Assembly (NCBI GenBank): GCA_965226585.1
Contig: OZ245366.1
Span: 960,001 to 1,024,000 of the forward strand
From: Thermodesulfobacteriota bacterium
GTDB taxonomy: Bacteria > Desulfobacterota_D > UBA1144 > Nemesobacterales > Mycalebacteriaceae
Direction: 5' to 3'
DNA: 64,000 bases
Shown piece after piece: positions 58,401 to 64,000 of the stretch. Made by a program: the position numbers and the translations under genes. Position 1 is the stretch's first letter; each line of letters begins with the position of its first letter. The notes beneath the pieces were generated by a model. That model did not search any database. It was not told the DNA's origin and saw nothing but the letters and a program-made list of their open reading frames with translations.

Positions 58401-58418
58401 TGTTAGTTGTTTGCGCAT
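52476..58418 (-). CDS. Large autotransporter-type adhesin (type Va), 1980 aa
   Basis: Sec signal peptide, G/A/S/T/V-rich beta-helix-like repeats (I.GS.VW..G), C-terminal ~300-aa amphipathic barrel ending GVNYRF. Confidence 0.85.
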   Translation of the reverse strand: MRKQLTVFSLLVFLFASTPPHQSHAQADCGGVTPAGAALSCTKSSGGATLTITDGSPTEVTDATAITVNAAAAGADAAFSATGSVIKTTSTDGSTIDVGGAQGATFILDGAARADKDGRRGTVAVVKAGTGDAVVGIHNGSVINIDGVGTGNGIYISSQSGKAVAEFSGKSRIEVYPLPKSIDIPIYEHAILAGGVIIPLNNVTKKIIEVEKVEIYDYDFRVAGETKGIEMETQAGDIELSFLGIYSGIYPYVGGMRDLASDTKAATATSVSGDITVNLTDQAEIVASSVGDSYGLAAVTGGAGSIEINLLNGVSTIVGRNGVIANTVDGDIDITLSSGLIEGRGRGQLNSAYTEAYGISTSIADQAGIGVDATSINGDINITGDTGSVIYAGGRGGVAINAKTAGTLTITSPEARGLSVFATERDSQAIVARTVAIEGAQIWTEGDNSNSVVVASLLEIYGGSKVWAEGASSSAINATSGTLTIESRDGAGEVWTTADSVSTAGITTEVTIHGIKLWANGATTDALATTATGTVTLNGASVWAEGADSNAITAQDVLLSGATAGANSATGGGGIVATGTVKVFNGSNVWTHGAAKSAITGADISISGSNVWSTGDSPMNPVITETGRTSLAITDGSKVWSNGAGTFVITSFDEGFDLNGVSVWSEGDESITIQAATAVNVVNGAVVGANGADSNAIKIQSGGDVTINGSKVWAVREGVITAGGVSITNGSEVWATGTSGTGTAVKGGTVHISGSKVWSAHAGNPAVGAIVGAVNVVGGSFIALNGAGANAVDAVDAGTGGAGAADLSAVVLAVNDSTVMAVAGSSGISAVGTRVVGGVHVIVSGSTIESAGGRAAQVQAHKGVATLDIVNSSLTAVAGTGSAVDVISTYVATTPGTELGVRVYLADNANISTKTSGASALSVDAIGSTERTEITLVGNSSIVSSAGNAVSVSIFGRVVVQINGTSGIIGSGTGVNITGGDNTDFFLNASVDSRIEAAGGSGVVSQMVNGETKIIISDKSRVSYAGSGGDTIKATSVDGAIGLYVNGAAAAADAPLMNPDSAYVSSGQSNTNTVRLQTRNGSTTVRLQGGAQVIAGFPQYGTAARAIHANSADGPINIALGGTSQVAMLGHFVADAIVAETRNGDISFSMSGDSRLSVIPDRSSAFRGVSSGSGDVAITVSGQAKAWAVQKQSHALYGVSGSGNVSVSQSSMGTAVYTVGVDSTAIQASAGGNASIETSGTLFVNGDRSTAAHANSKNANARVDIIFRTPSGGTPAVRYANGLRSKFAVAESAGADATVNSYHSSSSDVTHVISLPGGQAEGLNATTTGAPRTTSAGASAVGLWDIEAKVRLGGRTLVNASGTGAKAIIARADTGYANVIIDSDSAVYANGTDATPGIGIDASTANGGAFVWVDGTVNVTGGVAIKMSAGAKDAGWAQTNPSLVYDKREVTVNATGKVYGDIDTSAVVGGASVTIAAGGTYDGTNVTTSSRRSASSGGDGRFRLGSAGTAEFAGTEPEKSGGGSLNFGDSDGDTLTVNGTLVIRSGETINGLEKISFGANSTLVIMADPESVAGNPLIDLEGTITAEDVEGFNVEVEVPGTHVTEYTIFEAESLPEGEERQEVADRLSAEIGERISVETDENGNLFLIATSHKDTSLDVYDALIQSAYRSDRNFADKLARGCGISGAASDEISGEFWTGGCVWATSGGRYTRHTSAIQYDEDVYSFTGGFSAPFSGVLVSIAGGYEISDIDASSETETAADTKGLGKASGDATRFMGGIFAEALVDEFVLDGNLRYGSTSWEATRTAGNSYSADVDATVFGGEIGAARPFLMGEFAFFPRVAVGASQITADKFVETSLTTGTGAADAAMDAFGVDEISELLVYVSPSIEARSPLNETINMWIRTGADIQVLNPESEIEGRLERDNVPVDGTMDRVMFTYGAGFEYSPYEKFNVSFEYGGGVSSSVDTFVQQFRGGVNYRF

Positions 58419-58503
58419 GGTTCACCTCACGGGATTAAACTGTTTGGTTGCGGGAACTCTAAATGTAAATTGGCTTGTGTGCCAGTAGAGGGGAAAAATT
58501 TTT

Positions 58504-58550
58504 CCGTCATTCCGTGCCTGACACGGAATCCAGTATTCAACTGGCTAATT
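58504..58550. repeat. Truncated copy of the 80-bp palindromic element between the divergent autotransporters
   Basis: CCGTCATTCCGTGCCTGACACGGAATCCAGTATTCAACTGGCTAATT; the second half of the element is missing. Confidence 0.88.
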
Positions 58551-58574
58551 TCATATATATTAAAAAATACGCAA

Positions 58575-61500
58575 ATGTCATTGCCACAAAAAAGCCCCTT
58601 TTTCCTCTCACTTTTCCTCACAGCCGCCCTGCTTACAGCAATCGCTACGCCCGCTTACTCGCAAAGCACCATCGCCTGCAACGTATCTTCTCCCTCTTCT
58701 GTTGATTGCGGAGAAGGCGACATAATCCTCAGCGTTACGGATGACACCATCTATCTTCGACCTCCGGACAAAATCGCTATTAATGCTGTAACAAGCGGCG
58801 CGGGAACAATTACCGCAACTTTTACTGATAAAGGCAGAATTATTTCAAGAATACCGGACGGCGCGAACGGGTTTATCGCGACAACCGAAGATGGCAATAT
58901 CACCGCGACTTTTGACGAGCGGTATTCGGGAATTTTTATGTACACCAGAGGCAACCACGACACCTACTCAAACGCCAGAGGCGCGACATTCACAAGCACA
59001 AGCGGCAATATAAGTGTTTTGCTGACAAATACTGCGTCAATCCTCGCCCCGTCTCTGGGAGACTCTTACGGCTTGGCGGCTCAAACGGGAGAGGACGGAG
59101 ATATAAACATAGTGATGAAAAACGGGAACTCATGCATAGCCGGCAGAAACGGGGCTATAGCCAGCACCGTTAACGGCGATATACATATAGAACTGTCAAA
59201 CGCTCTTATTCGCGGTGTAGGCACAGGCGGGTGGGCTTTGAATGCAACATCGGCAAACGGAGATATTACAATCACAGGAGATGGCACGGGCAGTATCGAC
59301 TCTGCTACTCAGGCCGTTTATCTTGACACCGGCGGTGAGGCAAACATCAGCGGTGTTACAATCTGGACAGAAGACGGTACGGCTGTCCATTCAACGGGAG
59401 GACTGACTGTTTCAAACGCAGAGATTTGGACTAACGGCTCCGTTAGCACTGCGGTGAGGGCAGATACGGTGAATGTGTCGGGCGGAATGATTTGGGCGGA
59501 CGGCGGCCCGAGTAGCACTGCGGTGAGGGCACAAACGGTGAATGTGTCGGGCGGAATGATTTGGACGAACGGCGGCGCGGGTAGCATTGCGGTGAGGGCA
59601 GATACGGTGGATGTGTCGGGCGGAATGATTTGGGCGGACAGCGCGGGTAGCCCTGCGGTGGACGCACAAACGGTGAATGTGTCGGGCGGAATGATTCGGG
59701 CTAACAGCTCGGTTTATGCGTTGGGGGTGCTAGCACAAACGGTGGATGTGTCGGGCGGAATGATTCGGATTGACAGGGGGATCGCTGTGGTTCTCGTAGA
59801 CGGCGAGGGTCCACCAGAGTTGAAGGTTGGAGGAGGCGCGGTTGTGCGCGGCGATGTGTTTTTGCTTAATGGATATTTGTATGGCGCAACGATAACAACC
59901 GACCCCGGCGGCAATATAACGGGCGGAATACGACTTTCTAACAACAGCGATGTTTTCTACAACAACGGTTCTTTCACCGGACACGGAAACACCAGAGGCG
60001 GCGATGACAGGGTTGAAAACAAGGGAACCTTCACCCTCACCGGAGATTTTGACATGGGTGAAGGCAATGACACTTTTGAAAACAAAGACAGTGGAATGGT
60101 AGTTTATGGCAACCACTCAATAATCGCAGAAACCAAGCCTGACCCACCCTCCACGCAACAATCCTCTCCTTCCCGTCATTCCGCATCCTCTCCTTCCCGT
60201 CATTCCGTGCCTGACACGGAATCCAGTATTCAACTGGCTAATCAATACTGGATTCCTGCTTCCGCAGGAATGACGGAGGGGGCGGGAATGACGAGGGATG
60301 GGTCAGCAAGCGGCGACAGCCGTTTCCGCCTTTCCGCATCAGACCCCGCCCCTGCGGACACAACCGCAACCATAAACTTCGGTGATGGCAATGACCATTT
60401 CATAAACAACGGCACAATAATAATTCAAGACACAGGCGGATTTGCGGGACTGGAGAAAATAACCTTCGGTGAAAACTCAACCGTAATGGTTACCGCAGAC
60501 TCTACAGAAATGACAACAGACAAACCCCTCATAGAACTTGAGGGCGAGATAACTGCAGAAGATGTTAAAGACCTAAACATAAAATTAGCCAACCCTGAAA
60601 GACATTCAGACGAATTTTCTTTATTCAGCGGAGACTCTTTGCCTGACGGTGAAGCCGAAAGGCAAGAGGTATTGAGCATGATAAGCGGCGGTCTTGGTGA
60701 AGGCAGTAGCGCGGGAGTGGATTCAAACGGCAATATATTTGTTGTGCTTGCCAATTCCGTCCACTTTAACTACTTGAGAAACTACGATGCAATGATCCAA
60801 TCCGCCTATTATTCGGATAGTGCCTTCTCAGAAAAACTGCGAGGCAGTTGTTACGGCGGAGAAGCGGAAACACAGAACTTACGCGGCGGCTGTCTCTGGG
60901 CAGACGCAGGAAGCCGTCACACACGGCACGATACAAAGGTTAAATACGGTGAAGATGCTTATGTATTTGCCGGAGGTTTTTCCATCCCCGCAGGGCAGTC
61001 TGCCGTGTCAATCGGCGCGGGTTATGAAACATCAGACTTTAATGCCGGAACAGATACAAACGCGGCGGGTGAGCGTTTTATGGCAGGGTTATCAGTAGCA
61101 GGTGAGATTTGGAAAAGAATTATCGCAGACGCAAGAACACAGTTTGCAAAAGCGGCATGGGAATCAACATCCGCAAGGGGAGAAGATACCTACTCCGCAA
61201 AAACGGACATAACAACGTGGTCTGCCGCAATAGGGGCGGAGATGCCATTCTTTCCCGGTGGTGTATTTATGGTGGTTCCGCGTCTTGAAGCGGGTGTAGC
61301 CCGTGTATCTGCGGACAGTTTTACAGAAACCGGCGGCGGAGATATGCCGCTTTCTGTTGAAGGATTATCACAAACATATTTGCGTGTAACCCCATCGGTA
61401 ACTGCTTATGCTCCCGCAGGGGAAAGTGTAAATATGTGGATGACCGCCGGGGCGGATGCTCACCTGACAGACCCCAAGACGGACTTAAAAGCCGCCTTCT

Positions 61501-61682
61501 CTCCTGATGACCCGGTAAATACAAAAGGCGGTTTTGAACGCATAAACATAAGATACAGCGCGGGGGCTGAGGTAAATCCGTTAAAAGGTGTAAGTGTTCG
61601 TGTGGCGTATAGCGGCGGTGTTTCCACTACCTTTGATACGCTTACGCAGACATTTACGGCAAGGTTCGGAGTGGCGTTTTAG
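58575..61682 (+). CDS. Autotransporter-type adhesin (type Va), ~1035 aa, paralog of the gene at 52476-58418
   Basis: ATG 58575 gives a signal peptide ([30 protein letters not shown]). Shares [24 protein letters not shown] and YDA.IQSAY.SD blocks with the paralog; barrel ends RFGVAF. Confidence 0.85.
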   Translation: MSLPQKSPFFLSLFLTAALLTAIATPAYSQSTIACNVSSPSSVDCGEGDIILSVTDDTIYLRPPDKIAINAVTSGAGTITATFTDKGRIISRIPDGANGFIATTEDGNITATFDERYSGIFMYTRGNHDTYSNARGATFTSTSGNISVLLTNTASILAPSLGDSYGLAAQTGEDGDINIVMKNGNSCIAGRNGAIASTVNGDIHIELSNALIRGVGTGGWALNATSANGDITITGDGTGSIDSATQAVYLDTGGEANISGVTIWTEDGTAVHSTGGLTVSNAEIWTNGSVSTAVRADTVNVSGGMIWADGGPSSTAVRAQTVNVSGGMIWTNGGAGSIAVRADTVDVSGGMIWADSAGSPAVDAQTVNVSGGMIRANSSVYALGVLAQTVDVSGGMIRIDRGIAVVLVDGEGPPELKVGGGAVVRGDVFLLNGYLYGATITTDPGGNITGGIRLSNNSDVFYNNGSFTGHGNTRGGDDRVENKGTFTLTGDFDMGEGNDTFENKDSGMVVYGNHSIIAETKPDPPSTQQSSPSRHSASSPSRHSVPDTESSIQLANQYWIPASAGMTEGAGMTRDGSASGDSRFRLSASDPAPADTTATINFGDGNDHFINNGTIIIQDTGGFAGLEKITFGENSTVMVTADSTEMTTDKPLIELEGEITAEDVKDLNIKLANPERHSDEFSLFSGDSLPDGEAERQEVLSMISGGLGEGSSAGVDSNGNIFVVLANSVHFNYLRNYDAMIQSAYYSDSAFSEKLRGSCYGGEAETQNLRGGCLWADAGSRHTRHDTKVKYGEDAYVFAGGFSIPAGQSAVSIGAGYETSDFNAGTDTNAAGERFMAGLSVAGEIWKRIIADARTQFAKAAWESTSARGEDTYSAKTDITTWSAAIGAEMPFFPGGVFMVVPRLEAGVARVSADSFTETGGGDMPLSVEGLSQTYLRVTPSVTAYAPAGESVNMWMTAGADAHLTDPKTDLKAAFSPDDPVNTKGGFERINIRYSAGAEVNPLKGVSVRVAYSGGVSTTFDTLTQTFTARFGVAF
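59427..59765 (+). repeat. Five in-frame tandem repeats of 66-69 bp (22-23 aa)
   Basis: Units W(T/A)xx..AVRA(D/Q)TV(N/D)VSGGMI share the near-identical core ACGGTG(A/G)ATGTGTCGGGCGGAATGATT. Confidence 0.93.
60197..60276. repeat. Complete 80-bp palindromic element inserted in frame in the autotransporter CDS
   Basis: Reverse-orientation copy of the 52166 element, translated as [26 protein letters not shown]. Confidence 0.95.
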
Positions 61683-61701
61683 GGACGCGGACGCGCCCAC
61701 T

Positions 61702-61871
61702 CCGTCATTCCGTGCTTGACACGGAATCCAGTATTCAACTGGCTAATTAATACTGGATTCCTGCTTTCGCAGGAATGACGGGGAAAGAAGAATGACGGGG
61801 AAAGAGGAATGACGGAGGGGCAACGGAATGACGGAGGGGCAACGGAATGACGGAATAGGCAGGAATGACGG
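61702..61871. repeat. 80-bp palindromic element (61702-61781) followed by five 17-19-bp GAATGACGG half-site units
   Basis: Organisation is the reverse complement of the array starting at 52101. Confidence 0.93.
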
Positions 61872-61874
61872 AAA

Positions 61875-64000
61875 ATGACAAAAACCCCAAAACGCCCCCT
61901 TATCGTAAAAGGTGCGAGAGAAAACAACCTCAAGAATATAGATGTTGAAATTCCACGCGGAAGCTTTACGGTCGTAACAGGCCTCAGCGGTTCCGGTAAA
62001 TCATCTCTCGCGGTGGACACTATCCACGCAGAGAGCATGAGAAAATACATCCAATGCCTGTCCACATATACACGCCAGTTTCTCGACAGAGTTGCCCGCC
62101 CCGATGTTGACTCCATTGAAAACCTTCCGCCTTCCATATCCATTGAAAATAGAAACAGCGTTCGCAACAACCGCTCAACTCTCGGCACAACAACTGAAAT
62201 ATACGACTACCTGCGCCTTCTGTTCGCAAGCGCGGGAACAACCATCTGCCCCAACTGCAATACACCCGCAAAAGAACACTCTCCGGGCTCCGCCGCAAAA
62301 ACACTTGTGTCCTCACGGAAAGGAGAATACGCGCTGATATTCTTTCCCGTGCCCGAAAATGAAACCGCGCGGCGGCTTTTGAAAAAAGGATTTACTCGCG
62401 CCCTCTCAAAATCAGGAGAAGTTTTGAAAATAGATGAAAATATAAATCTCGCCACATCAAGCGGGATTGTTGTTGACAGAATAAAAGTAACGGAACGGTC
62501 GCTTTCACGGGCGGTGGAATCACTTGAACGGGCGTTCAGAGAAAACACGGTCGCCTGCGTTCGCGCCGAAAACGGGGAAATCCTTTCCTTCAAAAAAGGG
62601 CTTTCCTGCGAAAAATGCGGCGCGGAATTCCGCAAACCGTATCCGGCGATGTTCTCTTTCAACAGCCCGCACGGAGCTTGCGAAAACTGCAAAGGATTTG
62701 GAAATACCCTTGAAATAGACCGCTCCATTGTAATTCCAGACCCCTCAAAAAGCATAAACAGCGGAGCGGTTGAGCCTTTCGGTTTCCGCTCTTTCAGATT
62801 CGCGAAAAGAAAACTCGCAGAACTCGCCGAAAAAAACGGCATAGACCCCGACACACCTTTTTCCAAACTCACACAAAAACAACGGGATTTTCTGTTTTCC
62901 GGCAACGGCTCCGTTGGCGTGGCAAAAGGCGGAATTGAAGGGTTTTTCAAAAAAATAGCGCAAAAAATATACAAAGTGCAAAACAGGGTTTTTATTTCCC
63001 ACTACCGCTCCGCCGTTCTGTGCCCCGTGTGCGGGGGAGGCAGAATACGCCCCTGTGCGGCGGCGGTGAAAATCGGCGGGCTGAACATAGGCGAAATGTG
63101 CGAAATACCGGTCGGCAAACTGGCGGATATGTTTGATGACAAATCCATCTCTAAAATCCTCACAAAAACACAAAAAAAACTCGCAAGCGATATCGTGAGC
63201 GAAATACACGGACGCGCAGTTTTTCTTAAAGATGTGGGGCTGGAATATCTTACGCTCTCTCGCCCGGCGCGTACGCTTTCGGGAGGAGAATCACAGCGAG
63301 CGGCTCTTGCCAGCCAGATAGGTTCGGGACTTACGGACACACTTTATATTCTTGACGAACCGTCTGTCGGTCTGCATCCCCGCGACACACGCAATATGGT
63401 CTCAATAATTAAACAAATAAAAAAGAAGGGAAATACCCTCGTGGTTGTGGAACACGACCCCGACATAATCAGAGAGTCAGACTACATAGTTGAACTGGGC
63501 AGAGAAACCGGCGAAAACGGCGGAAATGTGGTCTATCAGGGGCATCCCGCAAAACTTGCGGCGCAGGCTCCGGAATCTTACACGGGGCTTTATCTGTCGG
63601 GCAAAAAAACCATCTGCGCGCCTTGCGGAAACAGAAAAAAAAGCAAAAAGAAAATTACCGTGAAAAACGCTTGCGAAAACAACCTGAAAAATGTGGATGT
63701 TTCCATTCCGCTCGAAACTCTTGTCTGCGTAACGGGGGTTTCGGGTTCGGGGAAAAGTTCTCTCATAAAAGAGGTTCTTTATAAAAATCTCGTCAACACA
63801 ATTCACGGCGAACACACACCCGCCGGAAAATGCGCGGCTATCAGGGGAACGGAAGCGGTTACGGATGTTGTTATGCTTGACCAGTCCGCGATTGGAAAAA
63901 ACTCGCGCTCAAATCCCGTTACCTACGTAAAAGCGTATGACGCGATAAGAAAACAAATGGCGTCATCCGCAGATGCCGCGCAAAACGGGCTTACGGTTTC
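61875..64000 (+). CDS. uvrA: Excinuclease ABC subunit A (UvrA family), 3' end runs off the window
   Basis: Manual translation: [36 protein letters not shown]; in-frame [22 protein letters not shown] at ~63276; second Walker [10 protein letters not shown]. Confidence 0.93.
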   Translation, partial: MTKTPKRPLIVKGARENNLKNIDVEIPRGSFTVVTGLSGSGKSSLAVDTIHAESMRKYIQCLSTYTRQFLDRVARPDVDSIENLPPSISIENRNSVRNNRSTLGTTTEIYDYLRLLFASAGTTICPNCNTPAKEHSPGSAAKTLVSSRKGEYALIFFPVPENETARRLLKKGFTRALSKSGEVLKIDENINLATSSGIVVDRIKVTERSLSRAVESLERAFRENTVACVRAENGEILSFKKGLSCEKCGAEFRKPYPAMFSFNSPHGACENCKGFGNTLEIDRSIVIPDPSKSINSGAVEPFGFRSFRFAKRKLAELAEKNGIDPDTPFSKLTQKQRDFLFSGNGSVGVAKGGIEGFFKKIAQKIYKVQNRVFISHYRSAVLCPVCGGGRIRPCAAAVKIGGLNIGEMCEIPVGKLADMFDDKSISKILTKTQKKLASDIVSEIHGRAVFLKDVGLEYLTLSRPARTLSGGESQRAALASQIGSGLTDTLYILDEPSVGLHPRDTRNMVSIIKQIKKKGNTLVVVEHDPDIIRESDYIVELGRETGENGGNVVYQGHPAKLAAQAPESYTGLYLSGKKTICAPCGNRKKSKKKITVKNACENNLKNVDVSIPLETLVCVTGVSGSGKSSLIKEVLYKNLVNTIHGEHTPAGKCAAIRGTEAVTDVVMLDQSAIGKNSRSNPVTYVKAYDAIRKQMASSADAAQNGLTV

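Noticed and set aside
58407..58574. N-terminal 56-aa extension of the second autotransporter in the ORF track
   Set aside because: It overlaps the start of the divergent gene and runs through a truncated repeat. ATG 58575 gives a proper signal peptide.

Overview
Bacterial chromosome window of about 50% GC, made mostly of housekeeping genes. From the left: valS (partial), the tRNA-tuf-secE-nusG-rplKAJL-rpoBC cluster, lysS-lolC/E-lolD-bamA-skp-fabZ, gmk-rel-lepB-pyrRBC-MFS, an arsenosugar-type radical SAM cluster, malic enzyme, a fused trehalose synthase/phosphatase, a split nuo operon around ftsK, glyA-nrdR-tatD-pdxA and uvrA (partial). The proteobacteria-type RNAP inserts and the gene order suggest a diderm Desulfobacterota/Dadabacteria-like organism, possibly host-associated; this is inference only. 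The most unusual signals are four. (1) A 68-aa segment inserted in the RNA polymerase beta subunit aligns by eye with the C-terminal domain of ribosomal protein L7/L12, which is encoded by the neighbouring gene; beta-prime also carries a ~250-aa helical insert. (2) A promoter-defined, switch-like structured RNA lies directly upstream of a DNA methyltransferase-HNH fusion gene. (3) Two divergent paralogous autotransporter adhesins are bracketed by inverted arrays of an 80-bp cloverleaf palindromic element. (4) One copy of that element sits in frame inside one adhesin, which also has recent tandem repeat expansions, while the other adhesin has a G9/C9 slippage tract in its signal peptide. All alignments and counts were done by hand; no database searches were run.
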